A stretch of DNA of 64,000 bases from an uncultured Candidatus Saccharibacteria bacterium (GCA_964655705.1 CAZZPP010000002.1:32231-96230); one strand, 5' to 3'; numbered from the stretch's first letter, positions 1 to 9,801 are shown. Numbers and translations are program-made. Notes: generated by a model not told the origin, from the sequence alone.

Positions 1-4
1 GTAT

Positions 5-1222
5 ATGAGTATGGAAAATAATGGGAACAAGATATTTGGAGTCTTAGTACTTACAGTAATCTCTTTCTGCATAGGTATAATCTTTGGAAGGAATATAGTG
101 CCAACTTCTCAGGGATTAATTCCTTCGGGTAGTTCTAAAAGTGCAGATTTAAGTCTTTTCTGGGAAGTATGGGATACATTAGAGTACTACTATGTAGAGG
201 AAGACAGGGTATCTTTAGAGGACAGGGTATATGGTGCTGTAAAGGGTTTAGTAGATTCATACCAAGATCCTGCTACCATATTTCTTACTCCTCAAGAGAC
301 CAAGGATTTCAATGATTTGAACAGTGGTAAATACTTTGAGGGAATAGGGGCGGAATTAGGATATAGGGATGGTGCAGTCATTGTTGTTACTCCACTAGAA
401 GGGTCTCCTGCTAAGGCTGCTGGTATTAGAGCAGGTGACTATATCTTGTCTGTTGATGACTATGAGGTTAAAAGTGGTGACAACATATATGACATAGTGT
501 CAAAAATTAGGGGGGAGGCTGGTAGTAAGGTTGTATTAGAGGTCTTACATAAAGGGGATTTGGAGCCCGTTAAGATAGAGATTACTAGGGGAGAGATAAC
601 TGTTCCTAGTATGACTCTTACATATATAGGGGAAGATAAAGATATTGCATATATTGATATTACTAGATTTACGGAGTCCTCATTAGCGATTTGGGAGGCT
701 AAATGGGATCAGGTTGCTGAAGACATCTCATCTAGTGGTGTAGATAAGGTGCTAATTGATTTAAGGGGTAATCCTGGGGGTTACTTTGATGCTGGAGTAT
801 ATGCTGCTGACGACTTTTTAGATGTTGGTAAAGTAATATCTCAACAGAAGGATGGTAAGGATGAAATTCAAACTTTTGATGCAACAAAGGGGGGGAGATT
901 GTTGGGTAAGAAGGTAGTAATATTGGTTGATGAGGGTAGCGCATCAGCTTCTGAAATATTCGCAGGAGCTTTACAACAAAACGATGCTGCAACTGTAATT
1001 GGTACTAAAACATATGGTAAAGGAACTGCTCAACAAGTAATTAATCTTACTAAAGAAGCTAGTATTCATGTTACTGTACTTAAGTGGTTACTTCCTGATG
1101 GTACTTGGTTAAACAATGACAACCCAATTGTTCCTGATATTGAAATAGAAAATACCGTTGAAGATTTTGTTAAAGGTATTGATAATCAGTATAACGAGGC
1201 TTTAAAATTGATTAATCAATAA
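5..1222 (+). CDS. ctpA: Carboxyl-terminal processing protease (peptidase S41, PDZ-containing)
   Basis: N-terminal TM/signal segment. PDZ region (GIGAELGYRDGAVIVVTPLEGSPAKAAGIRAGDYILSVDD). S41 catalytic region (LIDLRGNPGGY ... GSASASEIFAGAL). Confidence 0.8.
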   Translation: MSMENNGNKIFGVLVLTVISFCIGIIFGRNIVPTSQGLIPSGSSKSADLSLFWEVWDTLEYYYVEEDRVSLEDRVYGAVKGLVDSYQDPATIFLTPQETKDFNDLNSGKYFEGIGAELGYRDGAVIVVTPLEGSPAKAAGIRAGDYILSVDDYEVKSGDNIYDIVSKIRGEAGSKVVLEVLHKGDLEPVKIEITRGEITVPSMTLTYIGEDKDIAYIDITRFTESSLAIWEAKWDQVAEDISSSGVDKVLIDLRGNPGGYFDAGVYAADDFLDVGKVISQQKDGKDEIQTFDATKGGRLLGKKVVILVDEGSASASEIFAGALQQNDAATVIGTKTYGKGTAQQVINLTKEASIHVTVLKWLLPDGTWLNNDNPIVPDIEIENTVEDFVKGIDNQYNEALKLINQ

Positions 1223-1244
1223 ATAATTTTTAAATGTTTCAAAT

Positions 1245-2423
1245 ATGGAAGAAATTAAGAAGAAAAAGAAGGGAGAGGAAATAGAAGAGGTTAAGAAAGA
1301 GGAGAAGGTTTTAAAAAAGAGATTAAATATTAAGCATTTCCGTATATTTGGTTTAGGATTAGCCCTAATGGGTATTCTGGTGTGTATTCTATTAGTATCT
1401 CTATTTGTATCTAAGTATTTAACCCTCATAGAGAATGGGCAGGTCGAGGACGGACCAAATACTCCTACAATAACTGTAACCCAAGATGAAAATGTAGTTA
1501 TAAATGTAGTTAAGGATTCCTCTCCTTCTGTAGTTAGTATTGCTATTAGTCAAGTTACACTAAAGAGAGGGGAGGGACTGGTTGATGAGGTAAATAATAT
1601 TGGTACTGGTTTCATAGTTGATCCCAATGGAATAATTGTTACTAATCAACACGTAGTATCTGATACCCTAGCAACTTACAAAGTAATTACAAGTGAGGGT
1701 GATGAATATGAGATTGTGGAGATAGTAAGAGATGATAGTAATGATATAGCCGTAATCAAAATAGATGCAACACAACTACCAGTCTTGTCGTTAGGAGATT
1801 CGGATGCACTGGTTGTTGGACAAAGTGTCATAGCCATTGGTACTCCACTTGGAGAGTACGCAGGTAGTGTTACCACAGGGGTAATAAGTGGGTTAAATAG
1901 GTCTGTAACTACCTCTTCAGGTTGGTTTGGATCAACTACAAAAACATATGAAAACGTTATTCAGACAGATGCTGCTGTTAATTCTGGGAACTCGGGTGGC
2001 CCCCTTATTAATACCGAGGGTAAGGTAATTGGTATTAATTTTGCTACAACCTCAAATGCAGATAATATATCTTTTGCACTACCAATTAATACAGTAAAGC
2101 AGAGATTAGAAGAGTACCGAACCTATGGTAAATTTATTAAACCCTACATCGGAATCTCGTATCAAATGATTTCTGAGTATCAAGCTCTTTACTATACAGA
2201 TGTAGTACCCGGAGCTCTGGTTATGAATGTAGATCCTCAGGGTCCAGCATCAGAGATAGATATTCAAAGGGGAGATATAATTACAAAAGTAAATGACAAA
2301 GAGGTAGAGCAATCATTTGCATATATTGTTCAATCCTTCAAAGTAGGGGATGAGATTACATTGGAACTTTGGAGAGATGGAGAGATTAAGAGTGTAAAAG
2401 TTACTTTAACGGAAGCAGATTAA
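1245..2423 (+). CDS. htrA: HtrA/DegP-family trypsin-like serine protease with C-terminal PDZ
   Basis: GTGFIVDPNGIIVTNQHVV (His), DIAVIKID (Asp), GNSGGPLIN (Ser) catalytic motifs. N-terminal Lys/Glu-rich tract plus TM helix. PDZ at C-terminus. Confidence 0.8.
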   Translation: MEEIKKKKKGEEIEEVKKEEKVLKKRLNIKHFRIFGLGLALMGILVCILLVSLFVSKYLTLIENGQVEDGPNTPTITVTQDENVVINVVKDSSPSVVSIAISQVTLKRGEGLVDEVNNIGTGFIVDPNGIIVTNQHVVSDTLATYKVITSEGDEYEIVEIVRDDSNDIAVIKIDATQLPVLSLGDSDALVVGQSVIAIGTPLGEYAGSVTTGVISGLNRSVTTSSGWFGSTTKTYENVIQTDAAVNSGNSGGPLINTEGKVIGINFATTSNADNISFALPINTVKQRLEEYRTYGKFIKPYIGISYQMISEYQALYYTDVVPGALVMNVDPQGPASEIDIQRGDIITKVNDKEVEQSFAYIVQSFKVGDEITLELWRDGEIKSVKVTLTEAD

Positions 2424-3225
2424 TTTTTAAAAATCTCTTTCTTCCATAACAATCTCTAACGCCCTTAATTTTAGAGTTAGGGAAGAACTCTTTAACTAGT
2501 TTTTTACTCTGTTCGAAGATGCTTGTCTCTGTTTCAAAATACATAGTCTGAATACCAAGATTCTTACTAGATACATCTCGGAATAGTTCTCTGTAGAATT
2601 TAAGACCATCCTCTCCTCCGTCAAGGGCTATTCGTGGTTCATACCCAATCACACTCTGATCTAGTTTCTTGTACATATTTGTTGGGATATATGGTAGATT
2701 TGCAATTAGAATGCTACTGCCTTTTAAGTCAGGTAATTTCTCAATTAGATTAGTTTTAATCCAGTGTATGGACTTCTCCTTAAATATCTTCTTCTCATTC
2801 CATCTAGCCACCTCTAGTGCATCTTTAGATATTTCAGTTGCATAGTAAGAGTAAAGGCTAGGATGTTTTAACAAATATCTTAGAGAAAGAGTAATACAAC
2901 CGCTACCTGTTCCTACCTCAATGATATTAACGATATGTTCCTTCTCAATTATATTTTTACATTCATATACTAACTGCTCTGTCTCAATCCTTGGTATAAG
3001 GGTATCTTTTGTAACCTTGAAATTGATGTTACAAAAATTTACATACCCTTGTATATATTCCCAAGGCTCTTGTTTATGTAATCTTTGGAATATGTCATTC
3101 TCAGAGATTTTCTTCTGGGTACCTAGAAAGTTAGAGATTTCTCTAGCTATTCTGTATTGATCAGGATAATTAATATCACTAAGGAATCTTTGTATCCTGA
3201 ATATTTTAGTAAGATTATTTTTCAT
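2401..3225 (-). CDS. prmC: Release factor glutamine N5-methyltransferase (HemK/PrmC)
   Basis: SAM-binding motif EVGTGSGCI. Substrate-binding NPPY variant (IANLPYIP). Lies immediately downstream of prfA, as in most bacteria. Confidence 0.75.
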   Translation of the reverse strand: MKNNLTKIFRIQRFLSDINYPDQYRIAREISNFLGTQKKISENDIFQRLHKQEPWEYIQGYVNFCNINFKVTKDTLIPRIETEQLVYECKNIIEKEHIVNIIEVGTGSGCITLSLRYLLKHPSLYSYYATEISKDALEVARWNEKKIFKEKSIHWIKTNLIEKLPDLKGSSILIANLPYIPTNMYKKLDQSVIGYEPRIALDGGEDGLKFYRELFRDVSSKNLGIQTMYFETETSIFEQSKKLVKEFFPNSKIKGVRDCYGRKRFLKINLLPLK

Positions 3226-4306
3226 TATCTAACATGGCAAGTTGAATACCCTCTTTCACATCGTTTATGACCTCATCAAGATATCCCAACATTATTGACT
3301 CAATATTATGCCAAGAAATCTTAACCCTATGATCTGTAACCCTATTTTGGGGAAAATTGTATGTTCTAATTTTCTCCGCTCTCATTGCACTACCAATTTG
3401 AGAGTATCTCATATCAGACCTCTTTGCATCTTCCTCCTGTTTCTTCTTCTCATACAGCCTTGATCGAAGATTAGCCATTGCTTTCTCTTTGTTCTGTGCT
3501 TGGTGTTTAGTCTCTTGACAACTAACAACAATACCAGTAGGGAGATGGGTAATTCTTACTGCAGAATCAGTTCTGTTTACACATTGACCACCTGCACCAG
3601 ATGCTCTCATTACATCAATTCTCAAATCTTCAGATTTGATCTCAATATCAATATCTTGTGCTTCTGGCATTATTGCTACAGAAGCGGTAGAAGTGTGTAT
3701 TCTACCAGAGGCTTCAGTAATGGGTACTCTCTGAACTCTATGTACACCACTTTCATATTTAAGATTTTTGTATACATTCTTACCACTAATATGGACAATT
3801 ACCTCTTTGTATCCCCCAGACTCAGACAGATTACTATCAATTATTTGAACATCCCAGCCCTGCTTTACTGCATATGCCTTGTACATGTTAAAGAGGTTTG
3901 CTGCAAAAAGAGCTGCCTCATCTCCACCAGCCCCTGCCCTTATCTCTAGTATTACATTTCTACTATCATCGGTATCATGGAATTGCCTCTCTATCTGTAT
4001 TTTCCTTCCCTCTTTCTCGTCCTCTTCAATATGTTTCTGTACCTCATCTAGTTCTATTCTGGCAAGTTCTTTAAGTTCACTATCTTCTGACTCTTCTAAA
4101 ATCTGTTTAGCTTGTTCATACCTATTAATATTTTCATGGATATTTGAGATATGGGTATGTAGTTTAGTGTAGTAGGTTAATTCCGAACTTAATTCAGACA
4201 TATTCTCATTAGTTTGATGAGCACCCTCCATCCTTTTTTCTAACTCTTCTTTTTTAGATTTAATGGGTTCTAGTATATATTTTTTCTTTAAAATCTCTAT
4301 GTCCAT
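3215..4306 (-). CDS. prfA: Peptide chain release factor 1
   Basis: GGQ motif ([29 protein letters not shown]). PxT-type codon-recognition motif (RVPIT) typical of RF1. Coiled N-terminal domain. Confidence 0.9.
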   Translation of the reverse strand: MDIEILKKKYILEPIKSKKEELEKRMEGAHQTNENMSELSSELTYYTKLHTHISNIHENINRYEQAKQILEESEDSELKELARIELDEVQKHIEEDEKEGRKIQIERQFHDTDDSRNVILEIRAGAGGDEAALFAANLFNMYKAYAVKQGWDVQIIDSNLSESGGYKEVIVHISGKNVYKNLKYESGVHRVQRVPITEASGRIHTSTASVAIMPEAQDIDIEIKSEDLRIDVMRASGAGGQCVNRTDSAVRITHLPTGIVVSCQETKHQAQNKEKAMANLRSRLYEKKKQEEDAKRSDMRYSQIGSAMRAEKIRTYNFPQNRVTDHRVKISWHNIESIMLGYLDEVINDVKEGIQLAMLDNEK

Positions 4307-4347
4307 ACACTATGGATGATATCATTTAAATATATTTAGGGGTACTG

Positions 4348-4680
4348 TTACTTAGATATATTTGCGTTAGCAAGCATATCTTTAAGGGTAAGGGTAGAGG
4401 AGGGTTTAGAATCTGTCTTTTTAGCCTTTCTCTCTGCCATCTTCTCTCTTTTACTTTTAAAAGACATTTGGGAACTCTTCTTAGCTCTTTCTTCAAATTT
4501 CTTAACAACATTTTCAGTATCAACAATCTTTTGCTCTCCAGTATAGAAGGGGTGACACTTAGAACACAACTCAACATTTAGAGTGTCAATGTCTAGTGTA
4601 GAGCCTGTTACAAATGTGTTACCACATGAACATATTACCTTGAGATTCTTGTTGTATTTTGGGTGTATATCTTTTTTCAT
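4348..4680 (-). CDS. rpmE: 50S ribosomal protein L31 (with C-terminal basic extension)
   Basis: Canonical MKKDIHPKY start and Cys pairs (CSCGN ... [10 protein letters not shown]). Confidence 0.8.
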   Translation of the reverse strand: MKKDIHPKYNKNLKVICSCGNTFVTGSTLDIDTLNVELCSKCHPFYTGEQKIVDTENVVKKFEERAKKSSQMSFKSKREKMAERKAKKTDSKPSSTLTLKDMLANANISK

Positions 4681-4742
4681 AACAAGGAGGATTATAGCAG
4701 AAGGAAAGGAGTGTGTCTATGTCTTTGATATCCTTTGAGGAC

Positions 4743-4765
4743 AAAAAACCCGGGATTAACCCGGG
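4743..4765 (-). terminator. Rho-independent terminator downstream of hsp20
   Basis: Perfect hairpin cccggg-attaa-cccggg (4749-4765). On the minus strand it is followed by a TTTTTT run (4743-4748), directly after the hsp20 stop. Confidence 0.6.
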
Positions 4766-4781
4766 TTGAATCTTGAAGTAT

Positions 4782-5225
4782 CTATTTAATAGATATTTGT
4801 TTTGTCTCAGATTCTTTTGCTTTGGGCAATTTAACTGTTAGAACACCATCTTCAAATACTGCCTCCACACTATCTGGATTTACCAATGAAGGTAAGTTAA
4901 AGCTTTGAGAGTAGGAACAAGATTGAAAAGTTTTTAAGAAATACTTCTTTTCTTTCTCTTCATTTTGTTCTTTACTGTTTCCCTCAATACTTAAACTATC
5001 TCCTGTAACAGATATCTTGATATCTTCTTTCTTAATCCCTGGCATAGCCATTTTGACAAATATCTTGTTATCTTCTTCCCAGATATTTGCAGAGAGATTA
5101 TCAAATTCTCTTAGGAAAAGATCATCCCATCTGTTTAATGGATAATTAAAAAAATCATCCATTAGAGATCTCACAGGCGTGTAGAGTGTATCTTGGGGTT
5201 TTTGATTTATTTTTACAATCTTCAT
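4782..5225 (-). CDS. Hsp20/alpha-crystallin family small heat-shock protein
   Basis: Alpha-crystallin domain pattern (FVKMAMPGIKKEDIKISVTGDSLSIEGN ... VLTVKLPKA). Confidence 0.75.
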   Translation of the reverse strand: MKIVKINQKPQDTLYTPVRSLMDDFFNYPLNRWDDLFLREFDNLSANIWEEDNKIFVKMAMPGIKKEDIKISVTGDSLSIEGNSKEQNEEKEKKYFLKTFQSCSYSQSFNLPSLVNPDSVEAVFEDGVLTVKLPKAKESETKQISIK

Positions 5226-5259
5226 AGTATTTTTAAATATTAAAATTTAAATATATATG

Positions 5260-5286
5260 GTTAGCAAAGGATACCACCGAGTGCTA
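5260..5286. promoter_or_regulatory. CIRCE-like inverted repeat (candidate HrcA operator) in the hsp20 / csoR-like divergent intergenic region
   Basis: TTAGCAAAG-N9-GAGTGCTAA. Right arm is identical to the CIRCE consensus (TTAGCACTC-N9-GAGTGCTAA) and the left arm matches 6/9. Located 35 bp upstream of the hsp20 start, next to a TATATAT box. Confidence 0.5.
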
Positions 5287-5347
5287 ATTTGTGTCAAGGG
5301 GTTGGGTGTTGATTTTTAGGATTTAAATAAATATACTATTCATATAC

Positions 5348-5569
5348 ATGGAATATTCTAAAAGAATTCAAAACAGAGTAAGTAGGATTGAAGGGCAGGT
5401 AGGTGGTATCAAGAGAATGATTTCTACTAATACAGATGAGGACAAGGTCATGACCCAACTTCAAGCAGTAATATCTTCTTTGGAGAGTCTTAAGTTGGAA
5501 TTAGTAAAAAAGCAAATGAAGGAATCTCTTGTAGAGGATATTAGAAAATCTTTAGGTCTTTCAGAGTAA
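5348..5569 (+). CDS. CsoR/RcnR/FrmR-family (DUF156) small transcriptional repressor-like protein
   Basis: RIEGQVGGIKRMI and QLQAVISSLESL align to the RcnR/CsoR helices (KIQGQVVALKKML / QIAAIRGAVNGL). The usual Cys/His metal ligands are absent. Confidence 0.55.
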   Translation: MEYSKRIQNRVSRIEGQVGGIKRMISTNTDEDKVMTQLQAVISSLESLKLELVKKQMKESLVEDIRKSLGLSE

Positions 5570-5623
5570 AAATCTGATATACTTTTGTAGTGTACTGCCT
5601 TGTTAATATTAGTTACTGTATAT

Positions 5624-6271
5624 ATGAAGATTAAAAATCTTGGATGGTCATCCTTTTTACTTACTGCTGGTGATATTACAATATTAACAGACCCCCTATC
5701 TTTGAAAAAGAGTGGATTAAGTTTTCCTAAAACAAGGGCAGATGTTGTACTCTTTTCTGAGAAAGAGCTCTCTGGTAAAGAGAATATTATTCAGGAGAAT
5801 GAATTGTCTAAAAAGATTGAGCCTGAGCATAGGGATAGGATAATTGAAGTATCTTCTCCAGGGGAGTATGAGATTGGTGGAATGATGATTAGAAGGGGTG
5901 TTGATTGTCCTTTCTATACCATTGATGAAGCAGTTTTAAGAGTTGTATATATGGGGTTAATTGATAATACCTTAGATGTTGCTCAAACAAAGGATTTGGG
6001 AGATGTTGATGTATTAATACTACCCATTGGAAATGGTAATCTTTTCATCGATTATGAAAAGATTGAAAAGATTCTCAACTATATTGATCCCACAATATTA
6101 CTACCCTGTTCATACCAGAAAGATACTTTAAAGATTGGTAAAGAGTTAAAGGGTAAGGAGGATTTCATAAAGTACTTTGGTTTTACAAATGTTAGAGAGG
6201 AATCATACTTAAATGTATCTCCTTCGCCTGAACAGGAAAACAAAAATATTGAGGTAATTTTTCTTAATTAA
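5624..6271 (+). CDS. Metallo-beta-lactamase-fold hydrolase-like protein (degenerate metal motif)
   Basis: N-terminus MKIKNLGWSSFLLTAGDITILTDP resembles UPF0173/MBL-fold hydrolases (MKITWLGHSSFLI..ILIDP). The HxHxDH motif is not conserved. Start chosen at the internal Met. Confidence 0.35.
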   Translation: MKIKNLGWSSFLLTAGDITILTDPLSLKKSGLSFPKTRADVVLFSEKELSGKENIIQENELSKKIEPEHRDRIIEVSSPGEYEIGGMMIRRGVDCPFYTIDEAVLRVVYMGLIDNTLDVAQTKDLGDVDVLILPIGNGNLFIDYEKIEKILNYIDPTILLPCSYQKDTLKIGKELKGKEDFIKYFGFTNVREESYLNVSPSPEQENKNIEVIFLN

Positions 6272-6276
6272 TAAAT

Positions 6277-7593
6277 ATGGATAGAGTACCTCCACAAAAT
6301 TTAGAAGCTGAGAAATCAGTATTAGGGTCCATACTACTAGATAAGGATGCATTAATTGAGGTTTCTGGTTGGTTACTTCCAATTCATTTTTACGATGAGA
6401 GACATACCTTAATATATCAGATTGTATTAGAGCTTTTTGAAGGTGGTTTACCCATAGATTTGGTTACAGTATCAGACAGATTAAAGAAGAAAAAGATTTT
6501 AAGTAGGGTGGGTGGTAGAGCATATTTAACTGAATTAGCATCCTTTGTACCTACTGCGGCTCATGCTGTTGAATATGGGAATATTGTTAAAGAGACTGCA
6601 ACAAGAAGAGGCTTGATTTCTTCCTCTGCAGAGATTACAAAGTTAGCATTCGATGAGGGTGTTTCTCTTCCTGAGGTAGTAGATAGATCAGAGACTTTGC
6701 TTTTTAATGTAGCTCAGGAGGGTATAAAGAGTAATTTTGTTCATATTAAGGACTTACTTAAGGATGCATATGAAAGGGCTGCTCATGCAAAAGAGAGTGA
6801 TGACTATGCAGGTGTATCAACTGGTTTTAAAGAATTAGACATTCTACTAGGTGGTTTCCAGAAATCTGATTTAGTTGTACTTGCTGCTAGGCCTTCTGTT
6901 GGTAAGACATCCCTGGCTTTGGATATGATGAGACATGCAGCTTTGATTGAAAAGAAGAATGTTGCATTCTTTTCATTGGAAATGTCTAATATGCAAATTA
7001 TGGACAGACTTTTAGGTATGCAATCCGGGATTCCTTTCTGGGAGATTAGGACTAACAAGTTAACAGAAGAAAAGGTCATTAAACTTGCTAATACAATGGG
7101 TGAGTTAGCAGATGCGAATATTTTTGTAGATGATATGGCAGGTCAGCATATTAATCAGATTAGGACAAAAGCTAGGAGATTAGCCTTAGAGCATGGGGTA
7201 GACATTATCTTTGTAGACTATTTACAACTAATGCATGGTAACAGTAAGGAGAGTAGGACTTTAGAGGTTGGAGAGGTATCTCAGGGTTTAAAGAATTTAG
7301 CAAAGGAGTTAAGTGTTCCAGTTATTGCTCTTTCTCAATTATCTCGTGCAATTGAGCAAAGGCAGAGTAGAAGACCTCAGCTATCTGATCTAAGAGAGTC
7401 AGGTTCAATTGAACAGGATGCAGATGTTGTAATCTTTTTAGATAGGGAAGAGACATGGAATCCAGATACTGAGAAGAAGGGAAGTGCAGAGGTATTTGTT
7501 GCAAAACACAGGAATGGACCTACAGGTATCTTAGAGCTTGCCTTTATTAAAGAGATTGCTAGTTTCAGGAATTTGTATAAGGAGAAGAATTAG
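6277..7593 (+). CDS. dnaB: Replicative DNA helicase DnaB
   Basis: N-terminal DnaB domain (PQNLEAEKSVLGSILLD). Walker A (AARPSVGKTSLALDM). Walker B-like FVDYLQLM. RecA-like C-terminal domain. Confidence 0.9.
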   Translation: MDRVPPQNLEAEKSVLGSILLDKDALIEVSGWLLPIHFYDERHTLIYQIVLELFEGGLPIDLVTVSDRLKKKKILSRVGGRAYLTELASFVPTAAHAVEYGNIVKETATRRGLISSSAEITKLAFDEGVSLPEVVDRSETLLFNVAQEGIKSNFVHIKDLLKDAYERAAHAKESDDYAGVSTGFKELDILLGGFQKSDLVVLAARPSVGKTSLALDMMRHAALIEKKNVAFFSLEMSNMQIMDRLLGMQSGIPFWEIRTNKLTEEKVIKLANTMGELADANIFVDDMAGQHINQIRTKARRLALEHGVDIIFVDYLQLMHGNSKESRTLEVGEVSQGLKNLAKELSVPVIALSQLSRAIEQRQSRRPQLSDLRESGSIEQDADVVIFLDREETWNPDTEKKGSAEVFVAKHRNGPTGILELAFIKEIASFRNLYKEKN

Positions 7594-7636
7594 TATATAC
7601 AATATATCTTTCGTTGATATATAATACACAAGTTTA

Positions 7637-7720
7637 GGTCGAGTGGTGGAACTGGCAGACACGTGGGACTCAAAATCCCATGCTAGCAATAGTGTGAGGG
7701 TTCAACTCCCTCCTCGACCA
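7637..7720 (+). tRNA. tRNA-Leu (anticodon CAA), long variable arm, no encoded CCA
   Basis: Acceptor stem ggtcgag/ctcgacc. Anticodon stem tggga/tccca with loop ctCAAaa. T-stem gaggg/ccctc with ttcaact loop. 84 nt, consistent with a class II tRNA. Confidence 0.8.
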
Positions 7721-7744
7721 TATTTAGATATTAATATACACATT

Positions 7745-8548
7745 ATGGAACTAGAGAATTTTGTACTTGGTTTTTTTGATTTTGTTGGCAATGTCGACTT
7801 TAATATGTTTGGTTCATTACTAGCCGTAGTCCTAGTGATATTTTGGTTAGTCATAGTAGGATGGGTATGGGTAGACTCTGGTGAGAGGACATCTAAAACA
7901 AGTCTAAGAGTAGGCTATCTTTTACTTTCAATACTTTTAAACATCCCAGGCCTAATAATATATTTAATCATAAGGCCTAGCGATACAATAGAGGAGATAT
8001 ATTGGGCTGATCTAGAAAGAAGATATCTTAAATACGAGACCTCTGAGTTAGGAGATTGTCCTAAGTGTGGTGCTCAACTTTTTCCTGGATATGTTCATTG
8101 TACAAACTGTGGTTTCAGGCTTAAGGTTAGATGCCCTAAGTGTAATGTTCTAGTAGATAAGGACCATAAATATTGCGAATTTTGTGGCTTCCAAATTAGA
8201 GAAAGAGCAGTCACAGAGGAGAAGTATCCTGATGTGCAGGTTATGCAAAAACAGATTAGTGCAACTAGAGATGAGGCTACCCAAACAGTAGAATCAAAAA
8301 GGACTAGATACAAAACAGGTCATAGTTTTGTTGTTAAATTAGGTAATGCATTAATATCTTCTGGTGTAAAAATTAAAGAGAAGATACAGGCAAGCAAGCT
8401 ACTTCCTAGAAAAGTTGAAAAGGATGTTCATGATGAGAGTACAAAAGAACCAAGTATTCAGTTACAAAGTGACAAAAGAGTCGTAAGTACACAGACTAAA
8501 GGAAATAATCAGAAAAGAAAGAAGAAGAAAAAGAAGAAGAGAAAGTAG
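7745..8548 (+). CDS. Membrane-anchored double zinc-ribbon protein with poly-Lys C-terminal tail
   Basis: Start moved to the Met after the tRNA. Two TM helices, then CPKCG..CTNCG and CPKCN..CEFCG zinc-ribbon pairs. C-terminal KRKKKKKKKRK encoded by a homopurine tract. Confidence 0.5.
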   Translation: MELENFVLGFFDFVGNVDFNMFGSLLAVVLVIFWLVIVGWVWVDSGERTSKTSLRVGYLLLSILLNIPGLIIYLIIRPSDTIEEIYWADLERRYLKYETSELGDCPKCGAQLFPGYVHCTNCGFRLKVRCPKCNVLVDKDHKYCEFCGFQIRERAVTEEKYPDVQVMQKQISATRDEATQTVESKRTRYKTGHSFVVKLGNALISSGVKIKEKIQASKLLPRKVEKDVHDESTKEPSIQLQSDKRVVSTQTKGNNQKRKKKKKKKRK

Positions 8549-8570
8549 AATAAAGTATTAAGGCTATGAT

Positions 8571-9377
8571 GTGAAAGAGTTAATGTATACATTGAAAGAT
8601 TATATTGGAAAGGTTAATCCTTTACTGGTTTATGTAATTCTCTTTATGTTGGCCCTCTATGTATTCTGGAGGGGTTGTGCTGAATCAAGAAAGAACAGAT
8701 CTTCAATATTCGATATATTTCTCATCTCAAGTTTTTTAAGTTTCCTAGTAGGTAGAATTGTATACATTATTTTGGAATGGAGTAACTTCTCTTCATATAT
8801 TTGGTATTGGTTACCCTATGAGAAATATGGTGACAAAGTCTATCTTTTTAGATTACTACCTTGGAGATTTTTTAGTATTTGGGATGGGGGCTTAGTTATA
8901 GTTGCTGTATTTGTATCTTTGATTCTCTCTCTTACTTTCTTTTCCTTGGTTGTAAAAAAATGGAGATGGAAACATATGTTTTTCTCAATATATTTTTCAT
9001 CTACTACAATGTTGGGTTTTTCATTTTTGTATTTGGGTTTTACATCTGGATTTAAGGATTGGATATACAGGGGAGTAGGATTGATATTTATACTTGGTTT
9101 GTTTTTCCTCCTATTTAAGTTCATATACAAGATTGTTAAAAACCCCTTGTATGAGAAATATATTCTAGGATATATTGGTACCCTAATTGTGTTAATATCT
9201 TCCTTGTATATTGTGTATCTGTATATCTCTAGTGATCTTTCATTGTTAGAAGATATATTAGTGGGTATATTCCTCATATGGTCCTTTGTTATGTCCTTTT
9301 TCTTCATCTCTGATTTAAGGAAGGCAAAGGTTAGAATCCAGAGTGTTTCTACTGTACGTTCTGTAAAGATTGATTAA
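8571..9377 (+). CDS. lgt: Prolipoprotein diacylglyceryl transferase
   Basis: Polytopic membrane protein. FLVGRIVYIILEW matches the Lgt G-x-R-x-x-Y region. IWDGGL matches the Lgt signature VWDGGMSFHGG. Lies directly upstream of lspA. Confidence 0.65.
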   Translation: MKELMYTLKDYIGKVNPLLVYVILFMLALYVFWRGCAESRKNRSSIFDIFLISSFLSFLVGRIVYIILEWSNFSSYIWYWLPYEKYGDKVYLFRLLPWRFFSIWDGGLVIVAVFVSLILSLTFFSLVVKKWRWKHMFFSIYFSSTTMLGFSFLYLGFTSGFKDWIYRGVGLIFILGLFFLLFKFIYKIVKNPLYEKYILGYIGTLIVLISSLYIVYLYISSDLSLLEDILVGIFLIWSFVMSFFFISDLRKAKVRIQSVSTVRSVKID

Positions 9378-9379
9378 AT

Positions 9380-9766
9380 ATGTTAATTCTCTCTCTCTCT
9401 TTCCTCCTGTCTTTAATTAATGTATTTCTTTCCATATATCTTGCTAAGATAGATTTTTGTATCTTTAACAAAGGGATAGCGTTTGGTATGAGAATTGAGT
9501 ATGAAATTTTCTCCTCTTTAGTTATGCTCATGCTCTTGATTGTAATAGGGGTTCTTTTAAAGGGGAATTTCAGATATATTTTTCTTTCTCTTTTTCTACT
9601 AGGTTTAAGTAATCTTTTAGTAAGAATTCTTTTTGGAGCTGTTTGTGACTATATATCTCTTTTAGGAATATCTTTTAACTTGGCTGATTTCTTCATCCTC
9701 CTAATATCATTCTACTTAGGGTTTAGAATACTGCTTCCTGAGCTTAAAAGGGTAAGTACCTCTTAA
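9380..9766 (+). CDS. lspA: Lipoprotein signal peptidase II (short form)
   Basis: NKGIAFGM (LspA NxGAAF motif). C-terminal GAVCDYISLLGISFNLADFFI (LspA VDFI...FNxAD motif). Four TM segments. Confidence 0.65.
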   Translation: MLILSLSFLLSLINVFLSIYLAKIDFCIFNKGIAFGMRIEYEIFSSLVMLMLLIVIGVLLKGNFRYIFLSLFLLGLSNLLVRILFGAVCDYISLLGISFNLADFFILLISFYLGFRILLPELKRVSTS

Positions 9767-9801
9767 TATATCTTTGTTACTCTTAATGATAGAATATATG
9801 T

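Noticed and set aside
732-992. Minus-strand 86-aa ORF inside ctpA. The same applies to similar antisense ORFs inside the confidently assigned genes: 1676-1876, 2921-3160, 3500-3949, 3879-4172, 6804-7079, 7322-7504, 8095-8313, 8840-9307, 10882-11263, 13084-13290, 14115-14348, 14597-14827, 15384-15593, 16542-16730, 17122-17654, 18335-18556, 19851-20431, 21585-23096, 24053-26101, 29957-30205, 33066-33326, 33788-33988, 34726-36648, 38789-39907, 40735-41235, 41846-43664, 45332-46188, 50160-50363, 51863-52242, 53651-53890, 55351-58057, 58781-59071, 59850-60098, 61552-61767, 62113-62307 and 63324-63857.
   Set aside because: All lie antisense or out of frame within long ORFs that carry clear family motifs. 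Their products are low-complexity or hydrophobic junk typical of AT-rich antisense frames.
1202-1429. 75-aa minus-strand ORF overlapping the ctpA end and htrA start.
   Set aside because: Overlaps two well-supported genes. The sequence is the mirror of the Lys/Glu-rich htrA N-terminus (poly-F/L).
4326-4577. 83-aa ORF overlapping rpmE in another frame.
   Set aside because: rpmE (MKKDIHPKY...) in the alternative frame is unambiguous. The overlapping ORF is Arg/Leu-rich antisense-type sequence.
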